This document shows positions 21,241-29,725 of a stretch of 49,937 nucleotides of DNA, in pieces. The stretch comes from an uncultured Clostridia bacterium (lineage in GTDB: Bacteria > Bacillota > Clostridia > Oscillospirales > Ruminococcaceae), in the NCBI GenBank assembly GCA_947175655.1, contig CAMWNQ010000001.1, forward strand, positions 1 to 49,937, read 5' to 3'. The notes below the pieces were generated by a model. The model saw only the letters and a program-made list of their open reading frames with translations, searched no databases and was not told the origin of the DNA. The first letter of the stretch is position 1. Each line of letters starts with the position of its first letter. Position numbers and translations under genes: made by a program.

Positions 21241-21478
21241 AAAAAGCCCTGTCCAACAGGACAAGACTTTTAAAAATCTTGCTTATAAACCACCCATTGA
21301 ATAAGAGCCAACACCCTCTACCCTTTAACGCAGGATTTACGTCACCGACTACTGAAAAATTTTCACCAGTGCCACTCGCAGGCGAATTTCAGTATATTTC
21401 AAAATAAATCTGCTTTCAGCCCGTGACAGATTCTCTCTGAAAATTTCCGTATACTTACTTTCCCGTTCATTGTGTTAT
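21241..21478 (-). ncRNA. T-box riboswitch (Phe) leader of pheST
   Basis: minus strand: Stem I AGAGA and GCTGAA motifs, specifier TTC (21384-21386), GGG-TGGT T-box (21289-21292), terminator aaaagtcttgtcc-tgtt-ggacagggcttttt (21241-21271). Confidence 0.9.
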
Positions 21479-21490
21479 ATTATGCTTTAT

Positions 21491-21519
21491 ATTATATCAT
21501 CTTATAATTTATTTGTCAA
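21491..21519 (-). promoter_or_regulatory. sigma-A promoter for T-box/pheST
   Basis: minus strand TTGACA, 17 nt, TGaTATAAT (perfect consensus). Confidence 0.85.
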
Positions 21520-21603
21520 GCACAAAAAACCATATTTTTGTATTGAAATTTTTCAGGATTTATGCTATCATATAATGTAATAATCTATAAAGAGGTGATT
21601 TTT

Positions 21604-22125
21604 TTGGACTGCTTTTCTGAACAGCTTTTAAAACGTGAAGAAACATCCGCTGACAGATTAAAGAAAACTCTTATATATGCCGGCGGAATAATAGTTGTCA
21701 TCGGATTTCTTGCTATGGCGTTTTTTAATATGGGTTCTTCTGTTTCAGTGATAATGCTTGTACTTGCGATAGCTTTCGGATATGGATTATACTATATTTC
21801 GTCATCATTCTACGTTGAGTATGAGTATACATTTACAAACGGTGAACTTGATATAGCAAAAATCCTCGGCAAAAAAAAGAGAGTGGAGCTTTTATCCGCA
21901 GATGTAAGAAAATTCACAGAATTCGGAAAATATTCTGATGATATGCCGGATTCTTCTGATATTACCACTGTTATAAGCTCTGACAACATCGCTTCACACG
22001 AATATTATGCAGAATTTGAGTGTGAAAAATACGGCAAAACAAGACTTATATTTGCTCCGAATGAAACAATGCTTGAAAATATAATGAATTTTCTTCCGTA
22101 TACTGTAAAAAGAAATATCAGATAA
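21604..22125 (+). CDS. DUF6106-like membrane protein
   Basis: TTG start after GAGGTG RBS (ORF track starts 21562); F.EQL.KR, two TMs, EYEYTFTNGELDIAKI..KKKR. Confidence 0.8.
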   Translation: MDCFSEQLLKREETSADRLKKTLIYAGGIIVVIGFLAMAFFNMGSSVSVIMLVLAIAFGYGLYYISSSFYVEYEYTFTNGELDIAKILGKKKRVELLSADVRKFTEFGKYSDDMPDSSDITTVISSDNIASHEYYAEFECEKYGKTRLIFAPNETMLENIMNFLPYTVKRNIR

Positions 22126-22774
22126 GTTTTTTCACAGCTTCCGGAAGTTCTGATATATCATTTATAATAATATCAGCAGTTTGAAGTTCTTCCGGCGAAC
22201 CATATCCATATGCACAGCCAATGGATTTAATATTATTTTTGACGGCCGTTTCCATATCGTGGAAACGGTCGCCTATTATTATAAAGTCACCTGAATAATT
22301 ATCCCTGAACTTTCTGAAAATTTCATATTTGGGAATAAATTCATAAGTCTCGGCACAGTAGACATCATCAGCATCAAAAAAACGATCAAGTCCGAAATTT
22401 CTTGAATGTCTTTCCTGATAACGTTCACGGCAATTGCTAAGGAATATAAGTTTATACCCCTGATTTTTAAGTTCCTGCAATACCTCTTCTGCACCCTCAA
22501 AAAGACAAGCATCACCGTTATCAAGATGTTTTGCCATTTCATTTCCTATAAATTTCCTGCCCTTTTCACGCCATTCAGGTTCAAGATTCGGCTGGAACAT
22601 CTTCCACATATCATCACCGCTGAATCCGAGCCAGTAGCCTATTTCTTTACTGGTATATGATTTTTTTTCTATTTTGCCTTCTGACTCAAGATATTCACAG
22701 ACTTTTCTGAAAGATGGTTCATATATTTTAAGGCAATTATGTATAGTGCCGTCATAATCAAAAACAAGATTCAT
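22118..22774 (-). CDS. HAD-superfamily phosphatase, last gene of rib operon
   Basis: motif I FDYDGT, motif II LSN, K, motif IV IGDRFHD; ATG directly abuts ribH TAA. Confidence 0.9.
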   Translation of the reverse strand: MNLVFDYDGTIHNCLKIYEPSFRKVCEYLESEGKIEKKSYTSKEIGYWLGFSGDDMWKMFQPNLEPEWREKGRKFIGNEMAKHLDNGDACLFEGAEEVLQELKNQGYKLIFLSNCRERYQERHSRNFGLDRFFDADDVYCAETYEFIPKYEIFRKFRDNYSGDFIIIGDRFHDMETAVKNNIKSIGCAYGYGSPEELQTADIIINDISELPEAVKKLI

Positions 22775-23242
22775 TTATGCCTCGATTTCTCTTATAAGAT
22801 TTACCATTTCAATCGCACCCAATGCACAGTCATAACCCTTATTGCCAGCCTTAGTTCCTGCACGTTCAATAGCCTGTTCGATAGTATCAGTAGTGAGAAC
22901 GCCAAACATTACAGGTATATCACTATTTAATGATACAGTTGCGATTCCCTTTGAAACTTCACTGCATACATAATCATAATGTGATGTACTGCCTCTTATA
23001 ACAGCTCCGAGACAGATTATTGCATCATATTTACCGCACTTCGCCATTTTTGATGCGATAAGCGGTATTTCAAAAGCTCCCGGAACCCACGCAACGTCAA
23101 TTGAATTTTCATCAACGTTATGACGTTTAAGACCGTCAATTGCTCCGCCGAGAAGCTTTGATGTAATAAATTCATTAAAACGTGCAGCAACTATGCCCAC
23201 TCTTATTTCCTTTGATATAAGATTTCCTTCATAAACTTTCAT
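22775..23242 (-). CDS. ribH: 6,7-dimethyl-8-ribityllumazine synthase
   Basis: [41 protein letters not shown]. Confidence 0.98.
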   Translation of the reverse strand: MKVYEGNLISKEIRVGIVAARFNEFITSKLLGGAIDGLKRHNVDENSIDVAWVPGAFEIPLIASKMAKCGKYDAIICLGAVIRGSTSHYDYVCSEVSKGIATVSLNSDIPVMFGVLTTDTIEQAIERAGTKAGNKGYDCALGAIEMVNLIREIEA

Positions 23243-23263
23243 TTTTTAATACTCCCTTTATTT

Positions 23264-23319
23264 AATTTATAATTTATAATGCATAATTATGAATTCTTAA
23301 TTATGAATTAATAATTGAG
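23264..23319. repeat. 7-bp lattice array between ribBA and ribH, containing ribBA stop
   Basis: AATTTAT AATTTAT AATGCAT AATTATG AATTCTT AATTATG AATTAAT AATTGAG (8 units in register). Confidence 0.92.
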
Positions 23320-24510
23320 AATATGCCCCATTCTGTCCTGTTTGGTTTTGAGGTAGAACAAGTCATAAGCAGTAGCGTCCATCTGTATCGGAACACGTTC
23401 TTTTATTTCTATTCCATAACCGCTTAACTGATAAATCTTATCGGGATTGTTCGTAAGAAGTCTGAGAGTTTTAACACCCAAATCCCTGAGAATCTGAGCA
23501 CCTATATAATATTCTCTCATATCGGGCGGAAAACCAAGTGCGACATTAGCATCAAGAGTATCCATTCCCTTGTCCTGAAGTTCGTAAGCACGGAGTTTGT
23601 TGATAAGTCCGATACCTCTACCCTCCTGTCGCATATAGAGGAGTATGCCCCTGCCCTCTTTTTCAATCTGGGTCATAGCTGACGCAAACTGCTGACCACA
23701 GTCACATCTTGCTGAGCCGAAAGCATCACCAGTAAGACATTCAGAATGAACTCTGCAAAGCAAGTCCTGACCGTCGCCTATATCACCTTTTACGAGTGCA
23801 ACGTGATGTTCACCATTAAGCTTGTTTACATATCCGTAAGCCCTGAATTCACCGTACTTTGTAGGCATTTTCGTTACGGCAACTCTTTCTACAAGTATAT
23901 CATGTATTTTCTTGTATTCCTGTATTGCCTTTATAGTTATGAACTTCATTCCCCATTCCTTTGACTTTTCTTGAAGTTCTTCAGCTCTCATCATAGTACC
24001 GTCATCACGCATTACCTCACAGCACAGACCGCATTCTTTCAGACCTGCAAGCTTCATCAAATCAACAGTAGCTTCTGTATGACCGTTTCTTTCAAGAACG
24101 CCATTTTTTTTTGACATAAGCGGAAACATATGCCCCGGTCGTCTAAAATCTTCCGGCTTTGACGAATCATCAACAACTTTTCTTGCTGTAAGACCTCTTT
24201 CTTCTGCTGAAATGCCTGTTGTTGTATCGACGTGGTCTATTGATACCGTAAAAGCAGTGCAGTGATTGTCAGTATTATCATATACCATCTGAGGAAACTT
24301 TAATTTCTTACAGTACTCCTCACTCATTGGCATACATATAAGACCTTTTGCGTACATTGCCATAAAGTTGACATTCTGTGTTGTGGCAAACTCCGCAGAA
24401 CAAATCATATCACCTTCATTTTCTCTGTTTTCGTCATCAGTCACAAGGATTATTTTACCCTGTCTCAAATCTTCAAGGGCTTCCTCAACTGTATTATACT
24501 TGAATTCCAA
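23308..24510 (-). CDS. ribBA: bifunctional 3,4-dihydroxy-2-butanone-4-phosphate synthase / GTP cyclohydrolase II
   Basis: [44 protein letters not shown]. Confidence 0.98.
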   Translation of the reverse strand: MEFKYNTVEEALEDLRQGKIILVTDDENRENEGDMICSAEFATTQNVNFMAMYAKGLICMPMSEEYCKKLKFPQMVYDNTDNHCTAFTVSIDHVDTTTGISAEERGLTARKVVDDSSKPEDFRRPGHMFPLMSKKNGVLERNGHTEATVDLMKLAGLKECGLCCEVMRDDGTMMRAEELQEKSKEWGMKFITIKAIQEYKKIHDILVERVAVTKMPTKYGEFRAYGYVNKLNGEHHVALVKGDIGDGQDLLCRVHSECLTGDAFGSARCDCGQQFASAMTQIEKEGRGILLYMRQEGRGIGLINKLRAYELQDKGMDTLDANVALGFPPDMREYYIGAQILRDLGVKTLRLLTNNPDKIYQLSGYGIEIKERVPIQMDATAYDLFYLKTKQDRMGHILNY

Positions 24511-24531
24511 TGTTTTTCCCTGCCTTTTTGT

Positions 24532-25044
24532 TTAATATATTTTAAATTCAGAATCGTTTTCCTGAATTTTATCTATCAGTTTATCATTTTTAAATAATTT
24601 ATATGCATCATCATTAGGACTTATCATATTCTGAAAAATCCCTCTTGCATAAATAGTACGGATTGTAAATTTTGAAAAGTCATCCGGAAAATATAACTTG
24701 TGCTTCTGCAAATCGGAAAATAATTTTTTCCACGCATCTTGATTATATTCCGGAAAGTTCCAGAGATTATAAGTCCTATTGTAGTTTATCCACTCCGAAA
24801 CAGGCTTTTGCAGATATTTTTCAGTTGCCTTTATAACTGACTCAAGATTTTCATAATAAAAATAAAATGTCTCCTCACCTTCTTCGTATTCAAGCCAACC
24901 CGATGATATATAATCTATCTGCATTTTATTTTCACGTATATATACTCTTCTGCATATTCCCTGATATTCTGTCAGATAATCTCTTGATACTTCAACAAAT
25001 CCCGAGCCTACCCTTATATATCTTTTTATTTCTTGAATATCCAT
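24532..25044 (-). CDS. hypothetical protein inserted between ribE and ribBA
   Basis: open 170-codon frame; start placed at MDIQEIK after GGATGTGA (track start 25095 reads through the repeat as IIHNYEL); no family recognised. Confidence 0.75.
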   Translation of the reverse strand: MDIQEIKRYIRVGSGFVEVSRDYLTEYQGICRRVYIRENKMQIDYISSGWLEYEEGEETFYFYYENLESVIKATEKYLQKPVSEWINYNRTYNLWNFPEYNQDAWKKLFSDLQKHKLYFPDDFSKFTIRTIYARGIFQNMISPNDDAYKLFKNDKLIDKIQENDSEFKIY

Positions 25045-25065
25045 ATTGCTCTTCACATCCAATCC

Positions 25066-25093
25066 GATTATCAATTCATAATTATGAATTATC
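25066..25093. repeat. 7-bp lattice array at ribE stop
   Basis: GATTATC AATTCAT AATTATG AATTATC; perfect 18-bp palindrome AATTCATAATTATGAATT at 25073-25090. Confidence 0.85.
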
Positions 25094-25745
25094 AAAATCC
25101 GTGTTTTGCAAGAAAATCCATAGTTATACCGGATTTTTCCGACTTATTTTCAAGACTTCCTGAAAAGTTTATAAATTTTTCGACATACTTCCCTATTATA
25201 TCGTTTTCAAGATTCACAATATCTTTTACTTTTTTTTCGGACAATATTGTTTCCTGTTCAGTGTGCGGTATAATTGAAACGCTGAAATTATGGTTTTCAA
25301 TTTTTGCAACAGTAAGACTTATACCGTCAATAGCAACAGAACCTTTTTCAATTATATACTTCATAATATTTTCAGAAGTATGTATTTTATACCATATGGC
25401 ATTATCATCTTTTTTTATACTTATTATTTCTCCTGTACCGTCAATATGTCCGGAAACTATATGACCCCCAAAACGTCCATATGCTGGCATTGCACGTTCA
25501 AGATTTACTGAACTTCCAGTTTTAAGGCTTCCCAGCGATGAACGGCTGAAAGTTTCATTCATAACATCAGCCCTGAATGTCTTTCCGGAAAACTCCGTAA
25601 CAGTAAGACATACTCCGTTTACTGCAATACTGTCACCGATGTGAATATCAGAAAATATTTTCTCTGCCTGTATTTCAAGATATGACTGTGAACCTTTTAC
25701 AATTCTTGTGACTTTACCGATTTCTTCAACTATTCCGGTAAACAT
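25092..25745 (-). CDS. ribE: riboflavin synthase
   Basis: MFTGIVEE, GDSIAVNGVCLTV, VNLERA, GGHIVSGHID, KGSVAIDGISLTV. Confidence 0.97.
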   Translation of the reverse strand: MFTGIVEEIGKVTRIVKGSQSYLEIQAEKIFSDIHIGDSIAVNGVCLTVTEFSGKTFRADVMNETFSRSSLGSLKTGSSVNLERAMPAYGRFGGHIVSGHIDGTGEIISIKKDDNAIWYKIHTSENIMKYIIEKGSVAIDGISLTVAKIENHNFSVSIIPHTEQETILSEKKVKDIVNLENDIIGKYVEKFINFSGSLENKSEKSGITMDFLAKHGF

Positions 25746-26845
25746 CTTTTCTTCACCTTACTTTCTATAAGAAAATCATCATTAATTCTCTTTATTTCTG
25801 AATCATAAAGCATAAAGGCATCATCAGGAAATGCAACACCTTTTCCGCCAACAGATGTTTTTGATGTACTTCCGCCGAAAATCTTAGGTGCAATATAAGT
25901 CTGTACTTTGCTGACTATACCGCTTTCAAGAGCTGACCAGTTAAGTTCACTTCCGCCTTCAAGAATAATGCTGTCAATTTCCAGTTCTCCGAGTCTGACC
26001 ATAAGATTATTTAAATCAATATGACCATTTTTCATATCACTGACCACTATTTTACAGCCTCTTGATTTATATTGTGACTGTCTTTCCTCATCAGTGCAAC
26101 AGGTAGCAATTATAGTTCTGATTTTATCAGCGGTGTTTAATATATTGCAGTCAAGAGGAGTTCTCAGATTAGTATCACATATTATTCGTATTGGATTTAC
26201 TGTATCATCAAGAATATCAGCTCGGCAGTCAAGCATAGGATTATCATTTATTACCGTATTCACTCCGACCATAATTGCTGAATATCTGTGACGGTCAATA
26301 TGCACATTTATACGTGATTTTTCGCCTGTAATCCATTTTGAATTACCAGTATAACAGGCGATTTTACCATCCATAGTCATTGCATACTTCATTATTACAA
26401 ACGGCGTTTTTGTAGTGATATAGTGGAAAAATACTTCATTCAAAGCATCACATTTATCTTTTAATATTCCTGTATGTACTTCTATACCGTGATTTCTCAG
26501 TATCTCAACACCCTTTCCCGCTACAAGAGGATTGGGGTCTGACGAACCTATAAATACTCTTTTTATTTTGTTTTCTATTATTATATCAGTACAAGGCGGT
26601 GTTTTTCCATAATGACAGCAAGGTTCAAGAGTCACATACAAATCTGCTCCCTCAGCTGACTTCCCTAATGCAATACATTCAGCAAATGCATTTCTTTCAG
26701 CATGAAGCGAACCGTATTTTTGATGATAACCAGAAGCAATAATTTCACCGTCTTTTACTATCACAGCACCTACCATTGGATTAGGAGATACAAAGCCCAT
26801 ACCTCTTTTTGCAAGGTTCAATGCATATTTCATAAATTCACTCAA
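25730..26845 (-). CDS. ribD: bifunctional diaminohydroxyphosphoribosylaminopyrimidine deaminase / reductase
   Basis: SPNPMVG, HAE, VTLEPCCHYGKTPPC, DGKIA, EGG; TTG start at 26845 after AGGAGG (track starts 26887). Confidence 0.96.
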   Translation of the reverse strand: MSEFMKYALNLAKRGMGFVSPNPMVGAVIVKDGEIIASGYHQKYGSLHAERNAFAECIALGKSAEGADLYVTLEPCCHYGKTPPCTDIIIENKIKRVFIGSSDPNPLVAGKGVEILRNHGIEVHTGILKDKCDALNEVFFHYITTKTPFVIMKYAMTMDGKIACYTGNSKWITGEKSRINVHIDRHRYSAIMVGVNTVINDNPMLDCRADILDDTVNPIRIICDTNLRTPLDCNILNTADKIRTIIATCCTDEERQSQYKSRGCKIVVSDMKNGHIDLNNLMVRLGELEIDSIILEGGSELNWSALESGIVSKVQTYIAPKIFGGSTSKTSVGGKGVAFPDDAFMLYDSEIKRINDDFLIESKVKKRCLPE

Positions 26846-26863
26846 AAAAAATCTTCCTCCTGA

Positions 26864-26903
26864 AAACAAAAATGCCCCGATTTTCAAAAAAATCAGGGCA
26901 TTT
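26864..26903 (-). terminator. FMN riboswitch expression-platform terminator
   Basis: minus strand aaatgccctgatttt / aaaatcggggcattt followed by ttgtttt, just before ribD RBS. Confidence 0.8.
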
Positions 26904-26950
26904 ATTATGATTACACAATATTAGTTTACAATTTTATTCTATCAAAATTG

Positions 26951-27058
26951 ACCTTCTCACGTCCGGACTATACCGTCGGTACTGGAATTACACCAGTTCG
27001 TGCCAAAGCTTGCGGACTTTTACCGCCGGTAGGGAGTTTCACCCTGCCCCGAAGATTA
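26951..27058 (-). ncRNA. FMN riboswitch (RFN element)
   Basis: minus strand tcttcggggcagggtgaaactccctaccggcggt...agtccgcaa...ggtgtaattccagtaccgacggtatagtccgga...gagaag; upstream of ribD. Confidence 0.96.
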
Positions 27059-27064
27059 TATATC

Positions 27065-27093
27065 ATTATATCACTATATAATATGATTGTCAA
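27065..27093 (-). promoter_or_regulatory. sigma-A promoter for rib operon
   Basis: minus strand TTGACA, 17 nt, TGaTATAAT (perfect consensus). Confidence 0.85.
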
Positions 27094-27121
27094 GAGCTTT
27101 TATAATTATGAATTGAATTTT

Positions 27122-27649
27122 TCAGATTTCGTCCATTGTAGTATTATCATAATTCTGATTTGTATAATACATATCTTGATATTCTTTATTTATATCTCGT
27201 TGTGAATCTTTTTTCTGGTCTTCAAAACGTTCATTGAAATAAGGGAAACCCTTTGCTTGTTTCAGAATATTATATTTTCTGTTCAGTATCATAAACATTG
27301 GCAGACATATTAGTGATGCAAAACAGGATACTATATAAAAAATATACATTGTATAATTACTGTATATGTTAAAATTAAAATTTACAGCAGTAACCATAAC
27401 TGCTATAACACACATTTTGACATCTTTTTTTGTACAGCCAGTTATTCCAAAGAAAAATGCAGTTCCTCTTATAATAATATCCAAAAAATAACTGAATGGT
27501 TTGGGGTGAAGTATAATCATTGCAACATCAAGAAGAAATATCGAAACATTTGCCAGAAGATATATTTTTCCCATAAAATTATACCTTTTCTGATATTTTT
27601 TCATCTGTATTTTACACCAAAACATATTTTCATAATTATTTCTCAACAT
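27122..27649 (-). CDS. hypothetical membrane protein
   Basis: 175 aa with about four TMs and a GFPYFNERF C-terminal motif; short lattice remnant (AATTATG AATTG, 27104-27115) after its stop. Confidence 0.65.
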   Translation of the reverse strand: MLRNNYENMFWCKIQMKKYQKRYNFMGKIYLLANVSIFLLDVAMIILHPKPFSYFLDIIIRGTAFFFGITGCTKKDVKMCVIAVMVTAVNFNFNIYSNYTMYIFYIVSCFASLICLPMFMILNRKYNILKQAKGFPYFNERFEDQKKDSQRDINKEYQDMYYTNQNYDNTTMDEI

Positions 27650-27731
27650 ATATCATCACTTCCCGTTTTATATAAAAATGTAACGTTTATATCATCATAT
27701 GAATATTATAGAACATAGCCGTTTTATGTAA

Positions 27732-28217
27732 TCAGACATCGGCTATATTCATAAGGATACCCGATTTTGTTATGTCTATTATGCCGTATGAAGGTTTTCT
27801 GCCATCTCTTGGAGATGATGCACTACCCGGATTCATAATATATACACCATCTTCATATTTCATAAATCGCTGATGTGTGTGACCATAAAGAATAATATCA
27901 CAATTATTGCTTAAAGCTGATGATTTGAGAGTTTCAAGTCCATATTTGACATAATGATTATGACCGTGTACAGCAAATATTTTATGGCTTTCTTCAGTCC
28001 AAGAAGTAAATACATTAGGTTCACTGCAACCCATATCACAATTGCCCTTTACGTAAAAAAATCGGCTTTCAAGTTCAGGATATTTCTGAATCAGAGTATT
28101 GAATTCATATTTGCCATCACCAAGATGTATAAACATATCGGCATTCATATGCTTTCTTACTATACTTTCAAGAGCACAATAATTTCTATGGGTATCGGAA
28201 CATACAATAATACGCAT
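27732..28217 (-). CDS. YfcE/YsnB-like metallophosphoesterase
   Basis: SDTH, HLGD, KGNCD, VHGH, YGHTH, NPGS. Confidence 0.93.
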   Translation of the reverse strand: MRIIVCSDTHRNYCALESIVRKHMNADMFIHLGDGKYEFNTLIQKYPELESRFFYVKGNCDMGCSEPNVFTSWTEESHKIFAVHGHNHYVKYGLETLKSSALSNNCDIILYGHTHQRFMKYEDGVYIMNPGSASSPRDGRKPSYGIIDITKSGILMNIADV

Positions 28218-28251
28218 TACATTTCACCTCAGATTAATTCTATTTTATTAC

Positions 28252-28280
28252 ATTATACCATATAATGTAATGAAATGCAA
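28252..28280 (-). promoter_or_regulatory. sigma-A promoter for metallophosphoesterase gene
   Basis: minus strand TTGCAT, 17 nt, TGgTATAAT. Confidence 0.6.
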
Positions 28281-28299
28281 GTATGAAAGGAGTTTTTTT

Positions 28300-28548
28300 A
28301 TGAATAAAAATTCTATCAATCCTGACAGCATTAATGGTCTTTTAAATGTTGTAAGCAAAAAGCTTGGAGTATCTCCCGAAAAATTGAAAAAGGAACTCGA
28401 AGAGGGAAAGTTCGACAGTGCTATTGCAGGAATGAGCAAAAGTGATTCAATGAAATTTCAGCAGGCGGTAAAAAATCCGCAGATAGTTGAAAAGCTTATG
28501 AGTACTCCTCAGGCACAGGCTTTATATAACAAACTCTCCGGAAAATAA
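28300..28548 (+). CDS. hypothetical small helical protein
   Basis: ATG at 28300 after AAAGGAG RBS (track starts 28270); 82 aa. Confidence 0.75.
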   Translation: MNKNSINPDSINGLLNVVSKKLGVSPEKLKKELEEGKFDSAIAGMSKSDSMKFQQAVKNPQIVEKLMSTPQAQALYNKLSGK

Positions 28549-28579
28549 TAATCAATATTTAAAGAAAGGGTCAGAAATT

Positions 28580-28987
28580 ATGGATGATATGATGAATAAA
28601 ATAGGGGAAATTCTTTCTGACCCTGAAAGCATTAAACAAATCACCGAACTAGCACAGATGTTTATGTCAGAAGCCGGAAACAGTTCCGAAAACAATAATG
28701 ATACTCCGGTAAATCAGGAAAATCAAGTCTGTACAGATAATGCCCAAAGTTCAGACAACGGGCTGTTCTCCGGATTTGATTTAAGCAGTCTTTTAAAAAT
28801 TCAGGAGGTTATGGGTGCAGTCTCCGGCAAAGATAAAAATGCGGAACTTCTCCTTGCACTCAAACCACATCTGAGTCCCGAAAAGCAGAAAAAAACTGAT
28901 AAGGCTATAAAACTCCTGAAACTGCTTACTATATGGACTCTCTTGAAAGACAGTGGCATTTTGAAAGATTTATTTAATAATTTTTAA
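28580..28987 (+). CDS. hypothetical protein
   Basis: 135 aa; ILSDPES..QI N-terminus and LLLALKPHLS.EK..K.DKAI C-terminal helix pair. Confidence 0.8.
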   Translation: MDDMMNKIGEILSDPESIKQITELAQMFMSEAGNSSENNNDTPVNQENQVCTDNAQSSDNGLFSGFDLSSLLKIQEVMGAVSGKDKNAELLLALKPHLSPEKQKKTDKAIKLLKLLTIWTLLKDSGILKDLFNNF

Positions 28988-29008
28988 TACATTTAGAGGT
29001 GTAAATAA

Positions 29009-29380
29009 ATGGCGGTTTATGATAACAGACAATTCAGCAATATGAGAAATGATGCCATAAGAAGAAGCCGTGAAATGTACAGAAATTCTATGGTCAACAC
29101 TTCGCATTACTCTCAGGGAGACAATTACAAGGAAAACAATATGCCGGATTCAGAAATTATACAAAAGCCAGAAAAAAAAGAAATCATAAATGAAAATAAT
29201 AAAAATAATAATATAAATAATAACTATAATAATAAATCCATTATTCCGGACAGTCTTAGCAAACTGTTTGAAGGCGGTTTTGACAGTGACAAGCTTACTA
29301 TTATAGCACTTATTATTATTCTTGCAAAAGAGGGGGCAGATATGAAACTTATTCTTGCTCTGGGATATATTTTGATATAA
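29009..29380 (+). CDS. hypothetical protein
   Basis: GAGGTG RBS; DAIRRSREM N-terminus, Asn-rich linker, hydrophobic DSDKL..ALI..L.KEGAD..LILAL.YI C-terminus. Confidence 0.8.
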   Translation: MAVYDNRQFSNMRNDAIRRSREMYRNSMVNTSHYSQGDNYKENNMPDSEIIQKPEKKEIINENNKNNNINNNYNNKSIIPDSLSKLFEGGFDSDKLTIIALIIILAKEGADMKLILALGYILI

Positions 29381-29406
29381 CAAATACAATTATGAGGTGA
29401 AACATT

Positions 29407-29658
29407 TTGGAAAGTGAAAAGATTTTTTACATAATATGTGGTATAGTCAGTCTTCTGATGCTTGTTATATACATTTCAAGACGTAGAAGGTTTCTTTCAT
29501 TTATATTTGGTTCTCTTGCAGGTATGACCGCACTTTTTCTTGTATGCAAATACGGTTCACAGATAGGGATAGAAATACCACTGAATATATTCAATTTCTG
29601 CGGAAGCGGTATTCTGGGAATACCGTTTGTAGTATTTCTTGCAATAATATGCAGATGA
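29407..29658 (+). CDS. bofA: pro-sigmaK processing inhibitor BofA family protein
   Basis: 83 aa, TMs, C-terminal IPLN.FN...SGILGIP pattern; TTG start after GAGGTG. Confidence 0.65.
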   Translation: MESEKIFYIICGIVSLLMLVIYISRRRRFLSFIFGSLAGMTALFLVCKYGSQIGIEIPLNIFNFCGSGILGIPFVVFLAIICR

Positions 29659-29663
29659 AAATA

Positions 29664-29692
29664 TTGATTTCAGCATCAAAATATGATAAAAT
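29664..29692 (+). promoter_or_regulatory. sigma-A promoter for pdp
   Basis: TTGATT, 17 nt, TGaTAAAAT. Confidence 0.6.
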
Positions 29693-29725
29693 AGAATAAA
29701 ATAAAATCAACGGAAGTGATGTTTT

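Noticed and set aside
25045-25095. N-terminal MIIHNYEL extension of the rib-operon orphan, and similar HNYEL/NYEF peptides in other short ORFs
   Set aside because: These peptides are translations of the DNA lattice repeat, not a protein motif.
29189-29235. AAT-rich run resembling the lattice arrays
   Set aside because: It has a 3-bp period and encodes an Asn-rich linker; it is not in 7-bp register.
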